Assembly: GCA_050575255.1 (NCBI GenBank)
Contig: JBNZDD010013724.1
Location: 6,747,786-6,811,785 of the forward strand
DNA from: Harriotta raleighana
Lineage: Eukaryota
Reading direction: 5' to 3'
DNA length: 64,000 nucleotides
Shown: piece after piece, positions 33,771-48,129 of the stretch
Layout: every line of letters starts with the position of its first letter
Numbering within the stretch: the stretch's first letter is position 1
Notes under the pieces: model-generated
The model's input: only the letters and a program-made list of their open reading frames with translations
The model's database searches: none
What the model was told of the DNA's origin: nothing
Position numbers and translations under genes: made by a program

Positions 33771-36700
33771 CTCGTTGGATGATGCAGCAACAGTCATGAT
33801 ATCCTGGCAGCAACCACAGGAAAACAAATATGTATTGTTTCCTGCTATCCATTTTTGTGGCTTTTAAAGGTCCTTGGCTTCACGAAAAAGATAAACCTTT
33901 AACTGTTTGAAAGGGAAGGAAGAAGAGGCAAGTGTCATCATTCTATAAAATAACGTTATTTTGTTTCAGTTTTTTAAAAGAATGATATATTTTTGAATGT
34001 TTTGTCAATGTCTTTTTCACAAAGGCAATTCCCATTTAATATCACAGAAATGTTTCCAGAAAACCGTTAACAAATAAATTAGTTTTAAAAATGGAATTCT
34101 CTGTGGTATGAGACCTTTATCTGCAATAGGTTTAAATTAACAAGGCCTGCAGGACCCTTAAAGTTTACAATGTTATTAAGAATACTTCTGCTTTACAATT
34201 TCCCTCCTGACCAATTGTGAGGGATGACAGTACATTAGAGAATACGCTGTAGAGAATGAGTCCCACGTGTCCAATATTCCAGATGTTAACAATCAGCTGG
34301 AATTCTCCACTCAGAACTAATATCAAGCATTAAAAATTTATATTTAACCTATTAAATCTTGGAAATGTTCCTCTTTTTCCACAAAGGAATGATTCATGGC
34401 AATTTTGCAATATTGATATTGCTTCCCTCCATGAGGTGAAAAGTGATATGTTTTATACCAAGATTCAAATGTATTGGTTGTGAAATATCAATTTTATTCA
34501 TCCATTCTTCATGACTGGCACAGGTGTGAGTCCCCATCCCCCGTCCCCTACTCCAACAATATCATCTTCCCAAGAGACAGACTTAGAGATTTAACAATGT
34601 TTGTTAGTTGTCCTGCCACTCAATATGCTCAAATATTTGTGAGATAATAATAAATGGAATGGTGGGCTAGATTACAAATTCAGTTAAATTCAGATTTCTG
34701 TAGATCATGCTGAAAGTTTACTGCCCTTGAGGCACTACTGAGAACCATGAGGCTGATTCTTTGTAGGAAAGGGACGAGCTATTAGAATTGACCAGATAAG
34801 GTACAGCTTTACAGACTTAAAAAAAGTCCCTGAGAGTCTCCTGGAGGAGTTCATAAAACACTTATTGGGACAGAAAAAATAAATTGAATTATTTTCAGAT
34901 ATGCCAAAGCAGCAGAACAAGAGGCACAAATTCAGGGTATGACAAGGAATTTGGGGACATTATTTCTTATCAAAGACAACAATGACAATGAACAATGACA
35001 ACAGTTTCCATTTATATAGTACGTTTTGTGCAGGAGGCAGTGTGGGGGTACAAAATTAGAGTGTAGGTGAGAGAAGGGTCAGTCAAAGAGATAGATTTTT
35101 AGATAGATTTTGAATGAAAGAGGAAGCATGGCTTTTGGAATAGAGTTTGCAGTCTTACAATGGAGGGGGGTAGTGGTACAATAAAGTAAACCTGAGTTAG
35201 CGGAGCAGACAAAGTGGGTTGAGGAGTTCACAGAGGTGGGGTACAATGGGCTGTGTGGGCCAAACGTGTGGACCATCATTTGAGAATGGAGGATCTTAAA
35301 GTTGATCTGTACAGTTACCGAGAAGGATGTAGGGGGCTAATAACGACCCTGAGTTGTGAATGGGGAATCGTTTAGAGTAAGAGTACAGGAGCTTTGCTGT
35401 CCATCTGGCATCATCATACCTGATCTGGGAGTGCCTGATTCCAACAATGAGTGCCCAAACTGGAAAATATTCTATTCCATTTCCCTTGACTGACATCTCT
35501 TGCTTTAATGAACATAAAATTGAAATGCTGAAGCCCAGAAGGCTGATAGACTTAATTGTCTGCAATTGCCAATTTTATTATAATTACATGAACTTATTTA
35601 TAATGGAGACGATTAACATTAGTAGTTAAGTCATAAAAGTGTTCCATTTTAAAAATAGTTTAGCATATTTGGCTGAATGTATTACTGCACATTCTGTCTC
35701 CCCATTGTAGTAGTGCTGAATGCATATGCATTATCTATGCTGTTACTGCAACAAATGGATGGTTTACTCTAGTGCCACTGTGGTAATGCCACCCAGAAGT
35801 AGGAACACAAGGGAGTGGGGATGAGACTACTTGAAGAGGTAGTGCTTGGTTTCGTACCTGTCATAAGTATTCAGGTCCTTCCTTTAACTCTCCACCCAAT
35901 AGAGAAAATTTGCTTGAACTTGGTATCCGGCCTTGTTCTGAATTCTACAGTCTGTTAATTACTTGAATGCATTCTGAGACCTTCAGTGCATGAGATGCTA
36001 TAAATATGCAAGTTTTTGGTTCCCTAAATGCTGGCTGGTGTGAATAATGTTTGCACTTGGAACAGTACGAGCACATATCAGTGAATAATAACCCTAAAGT
36101 ACTTTAAATGGTTTTCAAAAGTCAAATCATCAGATTTGTTGAGTAAGCAAACGTTTGAAACAGTCATCTAATTTGGAGTAAAAACATTTTACAATTGTAC
36201 CTATCCAATTATGCTCAAGTTGTAATTAAATTACATTATAATTACATCCAGTTAGTCATAACCACTGTTTTTGTCTTCTATTGTTTTTTGCCTTTATTAA
36301 ATCACATGTGTTTTTCAGTGTGAATATTATTCCTCTCAGGCTTCAATACGTTTTCACGCATACATAAGTAACAGTTCAGACTGTGAGGTATTTGCTAGTT
36401 TTGTCAGGTGTTATCCATTTCAACTTCCTATTTGATGGTAGAGGACTGATTTGGTGCTGGGATTAATATTCACACTTTTACAGTGAACAACTGGTATATG
36501 TCACATTATTTTCCTTGCAGATATCAAAATACTTGTTTGTGCGTCATCTGTTTCTTTATTTTTGTCTGAACTCTACAAGCAGTATTATGTTCACCTCACA
36601 CCCCTTTCTTCATAATTTATCCCATAATAAACAACCAGATTTTACTCTAAAAGCAAGTCATTGTGTATTTAAGGTGCCTGTGTCATGTGACTAAAAGGTT

Positions 36701-38323
36701 GCTTAATGCTTTGATTAAAATTGTGACACTGTCCTGGGAATATTGGAAAACAAGTGAAACTGTTTTAGGAGCTATTGGATTTTGGCTTCTTTTATGCGGC
36801 TTCCTGTATAAATCAATATGAACCTGGTAGATTATATTGCTTCTGGGATGATTGTAAAAATGAAAGGGATTGACTGGATGATTCTATAGAAGTTATTCAC
36901 CAAAATGCAATGAAAATTGTGCTGAATAGTTACAATTAGTGAATCACATCTCAAACTTTATAACACATTACTTTTCTATACTTTGGAATGGGCATGAAGC
37001 AAATCATATTTTTCCTCTTTTTTTCTAAAAGTACTGAAGGGAAATGTAATCAATAGTTGACACTGATGATTGATGCAGAAATGTAATGAGTTAGATACTA
37101 TATAATCATGAACCGGCTTTCAATGAGTTCTTTGGTGGATTAATCACAATTGATAGTACATTGTATTTCCTAAAATTTCATATGCATTTATACAAAGTCA
37201 CACAAAGAAGCTTTGCGAATATTCTGACCCATGGCAAGTGAGTTGAATGGCGGAAATCACTACAGTATGAAAAATGGATCTATTTGAATGCTCAGTGTTC
37301 AGGAATTATAGCCTAGGGGTTCCTTGTGACATCTGACAAGTGGTCCACTAAATCCATCTAAAGAAAACTAGAATAACTGGGAAGGATTTTAGCTAAGTTT
37401 CAGTATAAGATATTATTTGCCTATATTTACAGAACTCTTGAAAATATGAATACTAATGTCAAACACACACATGTAATATTCTAGAATGAATGGCACGTTT
37501 AAAAATAGGATTCATTTTGAAAATTTTAAGCATCACTGACATTGTTTACGCAAAATGAATTTCCCAACACAATTACTGTCTGTGTAATATATATTAGCTA
37601 TTAGTTACTTAGTGCAGCATGCAGCGTGAATGCAACCAGAAAAGAGGCGGCAATGGAATAATAACCCAAATTACATTCCATATAATGTTGCAATGCAGGG
37701 TGTTTGTGCGTGTATAATGACAGGGCTATAAACTGCTGGTTGCCAGCCTTCAGCATAGAACAGCCATCTGTCTGTGCATAAATCTATCAACAGTGGTGGG
37801 CATCAAGAGATATAGAAGATATACAGTAGTAAGAAATATTTGAATATTGCAGATTTAATAAGCTATTTTATCAGCAATATTCTGTTTGCTGGTTTGAACA
37901 AAATCTACAGGACTGGTTAAGACAAACAAAGAATTAATGTTTCAGTTGGATCCATGTATGCACTATTTGGTGAAAGGAGATCCTTTATAGTCTTATATGG
38001 CTGCCTATATTGGGGGAAATCTGAAGTGAATACTATATCATTTATAAAACTCAGACTACATTAGTAGCACTTCATTTAAATAATGAACAGCAATGAGACA
38101 GGAACATTGTAATCAAGTCGTTTAGAATCTGTTGCACTCTGCATTAATGCAAATTGTGCTGTCAGCCACACAAGGCAACACTTTACTCAGTTCATCACAA
38201 TGTGATTAGCTTTCGGTACCTGGTTATTTGAAAATGGCCAGTGTTTCGAAATGCTCTTAATTTTAATGGTTAGCCTTCAATCACTGACTGGTGTGAAAAG
38301 ATATGCTGTCATTTTCATTTCAG

Positions 38324-39269
38324 GTCTAACTCCACCAACCACTCCTCCACACAAAGCCAATCAAGATAATCCCTTTAAGACTGCAGTCAAACATAAGGCT
38401 ACTTGCAGTTCTTCAGTACGCAGCCCACCACCAAAGAAATCACGTTTAAGTGATTCTGCCTCTAATCCTCCGCCAAGCAGTCCTGCAAAGAAGGATCCCG
38501 AACAAACTGAACTCTACGCCCAGCTTAGTAAGACTTCAGTTTTACCCAGTGCACTTAGTCTTGGCCGAAATGAGGAAAGAAAAATGTCCCGGTCAAGCAC
38601 ACGGCTCTTTGGTGACCATGACTACTGCCAGTTTATAATTGCAAAGGCAGAATCGCTAAATATCAGAGATCCCTGCAGATCACGAGATCCCAAAGACATT
38701 AAACTCCACTGCAAAGACCCTTTGCCTAGGCAGCAACAACAAAACATTATTTCTGTCAGTCAAGTGTGCAGCAAGGAAAATCAACAACATAATATGCAGG
38801 CCCTTTCCTTCTCTAATAGCAAGACACAGCTAAAAGACCAAGAAATCCGGGCTGAGCTAAACAAGCACTTTGGCCATCCTAGCCAAGCTTTCTTTGATGA
38901 AGTAGAAGATAAGGCGAACCATCAGCGAGAAAAAGACTTTTGCTTTGAATATTATTCAAAGTTGCCTACATTTCTCAATGCAGGGATGTCTATGGATGGT
39001 GTGTTTGATGAAAGTGATGATGAAACAGACAAATTTCTTTATCCATGGGATGGAACACCAGATGGGTTCTTGTTAGAAAGATCTTGCTCTCGTTCTTTGT
39101 CCAGCTCCCCAGGCAGTGATTCTGTCTCCTCAGTGAAGGCTTTTGCCTCTTTTCAAAGAACATGCAGGACAAGGTCTAGATCTAGGTCTTATCCAAGATC
39201 TCGAGCCTCTTCTCGCTCCTCCTGCTCTCGTTCTCGATCAAGATCTCCATATTGCAGATCCTCCTCCAG
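38324..39269 (+). CDS. PPARGC1A: PGC-1alpha exon 8 (GLTPPTTPP degron, DHDY HCF-binding motif, start of RS domain)
   Basis: Lies within ORF 38251..39273; tttcag| acceptor; AG|gtaagg donor; 946 nt; motifs GLTPPTTPPHKANQDNPF, FGDHDYCQ, IRAELNKHFGHP, RSRSRS. Confidence 0.98.
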
Positions 39270-42200
39270 GTAAGGAAATGCATTTTCTTTCAAATCTTTG
39301 AATTGGATGGGAATATCTAGCGTTTCTAGAAATATTAAAGATGAACAATGAGATCTAATTTGTGATTTTTTTTTTAGAAGTATCCCTTTAGAACTCCCGT
39401 TGGGATTCTGCTTTGTTGGAGTAAACCAAAGCAGATTTCCCAGGGTTGGGAGCTGAAGTATTTCTGTTCATCGAAACAAGTCACCATTTCTACAAAGAGG
39501 ATTCCTTAATAAGGAATCCTATTTGTGTTCAGAAATTCCACAAGTTAGACCCCAACATTTCAGTCAGAGGCAAACAATACTTGTTATACAACCTGAGGAT
39601 GGTGGTGAAACAAGAAACTAAAAAGACAGGACAAGTTTGTGTCAACAAAATAATTCAGGTTTATGAGATTTATAGATATTCAACAAAGGGATCTCTGAGA
39701 AATTGGATGGGTAGATTTAATTGATTGATGGTCTACTCCAGTCTGAAATTGTTGCTATGGGATCTAACATGTAGCAATTTCTAACAGGATTGCTTAATAA
39801 GGAAACAAAATGGAAATGACTTCTGGTAATTGCAAGTATTGCTATCTGAGCCGTGGGAACTACACTCCAAAGTAAATGATTTTGGAGAGGAGCCAATACA
39901 TGCATCAAAATACAATTCCACCATGATGCAATTTCAATTCCTTGTTAGAATTTGTTGACTATTAGATTCTGGGGTTACACATATATTTTCTCTTTATTAT
40001 TTAAATCTTTACCATCCTAACAATAAAATTATAAAATGTGCAAAAGAATGGCAGTTTCCCCAGCCACTGACCAAGCTTTTGCGCTATTTGGTAATGGTAA
40101 AATATTAATATACTGTACATTAGCCATCTTGCTTCCTCTCTTTCTAACTGAAAGTACTTCCATTGGAGCTTAGATGACTTTTTCCCTCTTTAACATATTG
40201 ATGGAGATCAGTTCAGTGGCAGAGATAGATTTATTTCTAGGTTGGCTTACTGGATGCCTCACATGGTGGTTAATGGATGAAGTAACCTAAATGTAGCTGT
40301 GTTTTACAGGACAATGTTTAACACCACCAAATTGAGGACAGGAGGAGAGGGGTACATGCTGACAGATTAAGTGACCGCGAGAGTATATAATGTCAGATCA
40401 TTGGACATCAAAAATGAAAGGACTATATAGAATTCAGAAGAATTCTATCTCCAATAAGTTTGATGGTACCATTCACATGCATTCAAATGCCATGCCATTT
40501 ACATTGCCTTAAATTAGTCTATTAATTCAGGTATTTCTTAGATCAGTGCCCATTTATCCTATCAAATAGAGATAGTTTTCTTTACTGGAAAGTTTTGTGC
40601 ATGAGCACTGAGTTTGACACCATAATCTTGTTTCATAGATTATACAATTTTTAAGAATCATGACTATGTTGATGAAAGTTGATTTGGGACGACTTTTCAT
40701 ATTGACAATTGATTAAAAAAAAGGACATACTTGACGAATAGGAATTTACACAGGATTGAGACAGAATTATTTCAAGCGAAAGATAATTGATGTAATGGGT
40801 GTGGAAAAGGCTGTTGAAGGAAGCAGCAGAAGCTGGTTCAGGCAGCAATGAGATGTGTTCCTGGAGAAAACAGGATGGATGTGGTGAGAAGGAATAAAAG
40901 CTTTAGTACCAAAATGGTGAAGGCCTATTGCCTTTCTTCTGTTCATTTAATAGATTTATTTTGCCATAGAGTAAAATGGAACATTGATAGAAAATAAATT
41001 TGCTGTTTGACTCAACAAGGTTAATACAGAGAACAACAGAACAGACAGCGACCCCATGCCAAGGCAGAACCAGGAAAGATTTGGGATTGACAATGTTTGG
41101 CCAGATGGTTGAACGTGAAATACTAGCTGACATAAACTTGCATCATAAATGGGGACTTAGAATAGTCTACAAGCTTTCTGAAGGTAATTAAGTGAGCAGA
41201 CGCTATAGCTTGCTGCTATCTTTAGCTATGGATTCCAGATTGTTTACTGTAGTAGATTACATGATGTTATTAGAACTAATGATTTAAATGTAGAAATATG
41301 GGCATCCAGGCTTTTGTAGTTATTTAAAATTGTTTTATTGCAGTGCATAGAATATTGAACCTAGAGATAACTTACAACATCTGCATCCTGTGTTGAAATG
41401 GTCTTTGCTGTTGGTGGAGGTGATTCATAGCTGACAGGCCACTATGCCATTTCTTACGCTGTGAGAGTGATGTAGGTAGTTGAGTTCAACCTCGATCAGT
41501 AACAGGAGCCTCACGTAGAGAACAGGAGAGGTGAGTGAAGAGAAGTAAAGGGCATTGAGTGCATGTCCTTCAGTCCCTCAAGACGCCATGGTCCGTCTGC
41601 CCAGACTTCAGGCTGCAGCTAATCTAATGACTTCCTCTGGAAAGCAGATTTTATTCATTACCTAGAAATGCTGCTTTACAATTAAAGTGTGTCTCGGTGA
41701 TTCTGAGACTGAAGTATAAATAACTTTTTTTTCAGTTTCATTTCTGTTAGGTACTTTTCTCATTGATTCACTAATTGCTTGTTTTTGTTTATGTCTGGCT
41801 GGCTATGTTAACCACTTCTATGAATAGAATCCACAAATGTGATCATCTGGTGTATGGCGATTTCATAATATAATTTCTATATAGTTTTTTAAAAACATTT
41901 TTCTTCCCCCTCCTCGTGTTATTTTCCCTCTCTTTGTTTGCCCCCCACCCTCCTATCATGCCATGACATTCCCTGATTGAGCAGCAGTCTACTGTTGGGC
42001 TTTCCTGCCCTGTAACCAGCTGCCAGAAGCAGCCTGCGTTGACTTGTGCTCCGTGTTTTAGTTTACACGTACATGGGGTAAGTGCCTAGACTCCTCTCAG
42101 CACTAGCCCCAACGCTCATCTCCCAAACACCCTGTCTGAGAACAGGAACATAGCGTGTGAAAAATCCCCAACACATGCTCATGCCCTGCTTCAATCTGGC

Positions 42201-42301
42201 TCAGTAAATTCTGAAGAGATTTTAATTTTCGCCAAATGATTTGAAAAAATTCTGATTGCTATTAATTTCAGTGACATATTTACATTTATTTTGCTTCATA
42301 G

Positions 42302-42418
42302 ATCACATCAATGCTATGATTCAGGGCGCAATAGGGTACAGCACAGGTCGCGTGGAAGCCCTTGCTCATATTCAAGGTCATGCTCCAGGTCACCCTGTGC
42401 CCGCTATAGTAGACCCAG
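42302..42418 (+). CDS. PPARGC1A: PGC-1alpha exon 9 (RS-rich), SHQCYDSGRNRVQHRSRGSPCSYSRSCSRSPCARYSRP
   Basis: ttcatag| acceptor; CCCAG|gtgagg donor; 117 nt; phase 2-2 fits the neighbouring exons; RS-rich. Confidence 0.92.
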
Positions 42419-44136
42419 GTGAGGGAATTACTAGTGTAACATATTTTACTGTGCTCTAACGTGCTGAACCATCCTTTAATAACTTAATATTCCTATTAAT
42501 AATATTATAATGTACTTAACGAGCTTGTGTTCACACAGCAATTATTTTACCTGGATTAAAACTCTAAATTGGTGTCATGTGGCTTTAAACTGACACCATG
42601 CCTGGGGCACAGAATATTTGGCTTTCTTTGGCTTAAGACAATTGTATTACAATTGGAGATTGTACGAATTTTGGAAAAGGTAATTGGAACACAGAATTCA
42701 CTTGTAATTTGGAAACTGTTTTTTACACTATTTGTTTAAGGAACAGGAGACAGTAATATTCGGATGAAATTATACAAGGAATTGAGTAGGTAGATTAGAG
42801 GATTGCTCTATTCCTGCCTGACATTATTACGATGTAACAGTGTATCCTCTCTCTTCTCTCGTTGTGAGAGCAGGAAGGGCTCAAAAAGAGCAATCAGGTG
42901 GGTGGACTTGAGGCACACATGGAAGGAGCAAGATGAGAAAAATTGGTCTGTCTGTCAATCAAGTGCTGAAATGCTCCACATGCTGACAAAACTATCGTCG
43001 GGGCCTGGCTATGTGAGCATCCAGTTATGCTAAGCCATGTTAGCACCTGCATTTCTCTTATGGAAACTCATCCTCTCCTCTCCAACAGCTGCTTTTTTTT
43101 ATGTGTAGAGAGTGCAGACATTCTCATCTCAGTTATTAGTCATGAGGCCAGCACATGAAACAGCCAATAATATGGTCTAGTTGGCATTAAATTGCTAATC
43201 TCATGCCATGGCTGGGTTAGAAATAGCATTAATCATTGGTGCAGCTGCGAGAAGTCCTTTTTGAAACTGAGAGTCCTAGTGCACACTTAGGACAAAGGAA
43301 GAAACTTGCTCTGAACCTAACTTTTACTGAACCCAACTTTAGAGTCGATGGTACTTTCACTGGTTATTTAAAGTGAAAAAGAAATTGCATTTGCAGCCCT
43401 GACACCTCTTACCTTGACAAACACACATTTTCTCTAAAAATCAAACTATAAAAGCGTAAATCAGTTGACAGATTCCATGTAGCAAGGGCATTGTTATTCC
43501 AGGACACCAGTAAAACAATTGCTGTGTCAATGGGTACTGGGTTTATGCCAGTTCGGCACCTTAACTTGAATCATGAGTTGGTGCTGTAGAGATTAATTGA
43601 AGTTGTTTTTTGCGGGTTCTTTTCTATTCTCTGTAACTGACCTACTTCTGTACCTTTTGATCAATACTGAAACATTTCACAGTGACAATATGATTAAACA
43701 AGCTTTTCTGCAATGAGAAAATTGCAGTTTCAGTGCAGTACACATGAACCGTGGGCAGAAGGTGCTGAAACAAATCACTTTATTTGATTTGCAATGGCAC
43801 TTACCTGGTCAACACAGTTGGCTACAGTTTGCTGGTGCATCAGTGTGCTGTGCCCTGATCGGGCAGGACACAGATCCAGTTCCCTGCCTTGTGAGTGACC
43901 AGTCTCAAGAAGGGGGTGAGGGCAGAGACACACACACCCAGCAGAGTTTCGGGGCATTTTCCTGCAGGAGTGGAGGTAAATGATAGGCCATGTCGATTTG
44001 GTCTTCTTATACCCATCTGAGCCGCTATTTACCAAACTACAGAGGCTTGGAAGCAGACCATTTGCCCATGTTTTTGCAGATGCAAAAATAATAAGTAAAA
44101 GATTTGAAAGCGAAAACTGGACAAATAATATTAAGT

Positions 44137-44367
44137 AAAAACACAAAATACTGCAGATGCTGGAAATCTGAAACAAAAACAAGAAGTCGCTGGCAACACT
44201 CAGCAGGTCAGATAGCATCTATGGAGAAAGGAAAAGCGAGTCAACGTTCCGGGTCCATAACCCTTCGTCAGAACCCAATTCTGATGAAGCGTCGTGGAGC
44301 CAAAACGTTGACTCGCTTTTACTTTCTCCATAGATGCTGCCTGACCCTCTGAGTTTTGCCATACAAA
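44137..44367. mobile_element. Second palindromic Penelope-like mini-element (opposite orientation to 22846-23093)
   Basis: Same arms (gcatctatggagaaaggaaaag.gagtcaacgtt...); hammerhead-like cores at 44239-44275 (-) and 44277-44313 (+); attaagt on both flanks. Confidence 0.75.
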
Positions 44368-47300
44368 ATTAAGTGTTTATCTTACATGGAAAGTTAGTTT
44401 CTATAGAATGGTATTCTGTTTTAACACCAAACAACATAATAGACGGTTGGTTCACTCGTGCACAAACCTGAAAGGGGAATTATAACCAAAATGTCAGGAG
44501 CCACTTCGAATTTGACTGAAATCCAATTATCAACAATTTGCTTACAGTATATCTACAAAAGATATGTCCTCATGTATATTATTTGACCTATGTAAATAAG
44601 TGCATCAAATATATTTTTACTTCAAAACAATTTTGTTTCAAAACCTCATCATATTTGCCAATTTCTACATATTGTTCGATATTATTTACTATGAATATAT
44701 CGACAGACCTAGTTTATCTGTGATTCATTGAATAAAATTTAATTTCCAAACTTTGGGATAAGGCATATACATATAATCCTAAAGGCTCCTAATCTGAACA
44801 TTTTCTTTTTCAAACCTCAATTGAATGAACTATATACAGGGTTGTCCTTTGCTCATGAAACCAAAAGAGATGTTCATTACATGAAGCTGTCTTGCACTTT
44901 CCCACGAGACATCAGGCCTTATCGCTGTGGGAGAAATAGCGGAAGATACGACGATATATGTGAACTGCATTTGCTCTGAGATTTCTGTGGTGCAGAAATG
45001 ACAGCTGTGGGTCTGGAAGCTGAACTAGCAAATACTGCTTACAAAAGCATGACAGCATTTGCACAGATTTAGTTTGGTCTGTGGATGGCTCATCTATTTA
45101 CAGTGACACCTGGAGAGACTGGGAGAAATATCTGGAACCATGCAATTGTCCATCTTAACCCATTGTTCATCTGGACAAGAACAATAATCTGGAAATAGTC
45201 AGAGTGCAATGAATTCTGAGGGTACCATTATATCAAACGCTGTACTCACTGAAAAAGGACATTGTTACAGATGACAGACGGGTGTTGTATACAGACAGAA
45301 TATGTATATCCCGACATGAAAGGTGCTCTACAACTGTAATTTGTTGTTGCTTTGTAAGAACATAAGAAATGCTAGGCAAAAAAAGAGGACCACAGTCCAT
45401 CGAAATTGCCTTCCACCTTCTTGAGGGTAGCATGAACATATGTCCCAAACTACCTATGTACTACATCCCATAATTTTATTTCCTATGAATTTCCAGAATT
45501 ATACTATAATTAGATCCAATCCTATGAGTGTTGATCACACTGCTGTCACCGCAATAACTACAATATGTTTTTACAGGTAGTACCCTACCACATGCTTTGC
45601 TTAAAACCATTGCCTTAAAATGTAAGAATATGTAGAATTTTGGAAAACAATCTTAATTTTTAAGCAACTTTTCTATCGGAAAATAACTGTTTCAAATTAA
45701 GTCTGAATTTAAGACCATTTTCCAAAATTCCACAAACACAATCTTAAATTTTATGACAATGATCTTAAGCCTAATAACAATTGTAGAATTCCAGGCTGCT
45801 AATATGTACAAAGTAGATGAAACTAGTTGTTTCTATTGGGACCCTAATGGCACATTAGCATCTGCAATGATCACAAGTGCTAAAATTGACTGTTACTCTG
45901 CTGTAATGCTGATGGCTCTGACAAGAGAAAGGCATTTGTTATTGGCACTGAAACTGCAAATGCTTAAATGGGTTATTGGATCCAGAAATGTGCATTCGAC
46001 ACAGGAAAGCCAGAAAAGGCATGAGCCACGACCTTCGAGTTCAAAGATTAGCTGCATGATTTAGATCGCTCCAATTATTGGCAACAGTAACATGTCACGT
46101 TGCCTGTGGATAATGTTGGCACATGTAGCTGGATAGCATGATAACTCTGATGCTTCTACCACTTGCCACAAAACACCACAGTGCCCGTGCAGGCAATAGA
46201 CTCTGGTATCATCAAAAGCTTCAAATGCTTTTACATAAAAGGAACTTTGTTGGCATTGACTGTGCAGAATCAGTGCTTAGACTTAGTGAGTCTTTGCCAA
46301 GCTTTGCTCTTTATCTTCAGTTGCTGACTAGCTGTGACTGCCTCTCCCATCAGCAACTGCTGGAAGAATGTGCACATCATTCAGGTACCAGCTGTGATTG
46401 GTGACAAGGAGCCAGCAGTACCAAAGCCCGAAGCTGCACCCCCTGTCACTGAGGATCTGGCAAAGAATACAGGGCTTGATCCAGATTTTTTTCTTGTTGC
46501 AAAATGGTAGCCAAACCTCTCCTCTTCTAATACACACAGACATGGAACATATTGATCTATTCAGCCAAATGCTGAACCGTGGAGGGTTCAGAGAAGGGGG
46601 ATTGGAAACTATCACCTTTCCCATTTCCCATTAGCTTTTGTGATGCCTTCAATCAGTGTCATGTTATCTGAGCAATCCTTGTGCCTTGAGACCAGCCTTT
46701 CGCTATTGCTGTATGAGGCATTTTAAAATACATGGACAATCAAGATAGAGCAAACAGCAGATTTTCCATCAAGTTGTAAGTTGAGAGTGATTGGAAATTT
46801 TGATGGTAGCTTTTTGGACACTGTTAGATTTTTGGATATGCAATCTGTTTGTTCTTAATGGTTTTCATACCCTGTTTGCTCTTCAAATAAACAAATCAAT
46901 GGTGTACAATACATGCTTTAAAGATTTATTTGCATTTCTTTCCATTGGTGTTTGGTGAATTAGATGATTCGCAATGCACATCAAAATGATATCTTCCCTA
47001 ACATATTCAGATAAACTAGGTCTGACTGTATTTTAAATAGACAGCTATTTGAATATGTGTTTGAGGAAACATCACAATACAGTATTCAGAAGCTGAATTT
47101 CTTTGATCCCTCCTTAGGTTTAAGTCAAGATTCATTTAATGTTTTATCTGTCATCATAAAGATATATGTTTGTATATATATATATATGTACATATTCACT
47201 ATGTGGTAATGTTCTGTTTGTTCTATGTTTAGTGCACAATAACATGTGTGTTTACTATGAATTTCAATATAATCACACATTTTCAAAGTGCATTAAGCTT

Positions 47301-47391
47301 ACATGCTCATGGAGTGACAATCCGTATATGTGTGGATTTGACTATGTTAACACTTTTTCTATCTTCATGCTACATAATTAAATATCTTCAG

Positions 47392-47512
47392 GTACGACAG
47401 CTATGAAGAATATGAAAATGAAAGGCTGAAGAGGGAGGAATATCGACGGGACTATGAGAAACGGGAATTTGAAAGGGCAAAGCAAAGGGAGCGACAAAGG
47501 CAAAAGGCCATT
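47392..47512 (+). CDS. PPARGC1A: PGC-1alpha exon 10, YDSYEEYENERLKREEYRRDYEKREFERAKQRERQRQKAI
   Basis: cttcag| acceptor; ATT|gtgagt donor; 121 nt. Confidence 0.97.
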
Positions 47513-47614
47513 GTGAGTCATTGAAAGAAGTATTGTGCTTCGTTTGTGTGCTGAATGTCGAAAAAAAGCAATATTTATATGTGTAAATATTGTTTTGTTT
47601 TTTCATATCTTCAG

Positions 47615-47736
47615 GAGGAACGACGCGTTATCTATGTGGGTAAAATCAGGGGTGACATCACACGCACAGAATTGAAGAGACGATTTGAGGTCTTTGGTGA
47701 AATTGAGGAATGCACTGTCCACTTACGGGAAGATGG
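47615..47736 (+). CDS. PPARGC1A: PGC-1alpha exon 11 (RRM, N-terminal half), EERRVIYVGKIRGDITRTELKRRFEVFGEIEECTVHLREDG
   Basis: cttcag| acceptor; GG|gtaaga donor; 122 nt; RNP2-like VIYVG. Confidence 0.98.
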
Positions 47737-47977
47737 GTAAGAATTTGAATGGTTCAGTATCATTGAGGACTCGCAATTATCTTAACCTTGGGCTTGTCTG
47801 ATAGATATAACAAGCATCCTTTGTATAGCAAGTGATAAAATAATCCACTCGGTTATCCAACCTCATTACTCGTCTGTCAAAAAGAAGTCCACTGAATTAA
47901 ATTCCACATTTCATTCATAATCTGCCAGGTGTGTTGCAATGAATGACTGATTTTACTTGTGCTCCAATTATTTGCAG

Positions 47978-48129
47978 TGATAACTATGGTTTCATCACAT
48001 ATCGTTACACCTGTGATGCTTTTGCTGCCCTGGAGAATGGACATACTTTGCGAAGATCTAATGAACCCCCATTTGAATTATGCTTTGGTGGTCGTAGGCA
48101 GTTCTACAAGTCTAACTATGCAGATCTAG
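47978..48129 (+). CDS. PPARGC1A: PGC-1alpha exon 12 (RRM, C-terminal half), DNYGFITYRYTCDAFAALENG...SNYADL
   Basis: tttgcag| acceptor; CTAG|gtatga donor; 152 nt; RNP1-like YGFITY. Confidence 0.98.

Noticed and set aside
38251-38323. N-terminal part of the 340-aa ORF as a stand-alone gene start
   Set aside because: Intronic read-through upstream of the exon 8 acceptor; homology to PGC-1alpha begins at GLTPP
47381-47615. Identical atatcttcagg at the acceptors of exons 10 and 11
   Set aside because: Only 11 nt, largely explained by the splice-acceptor consensus
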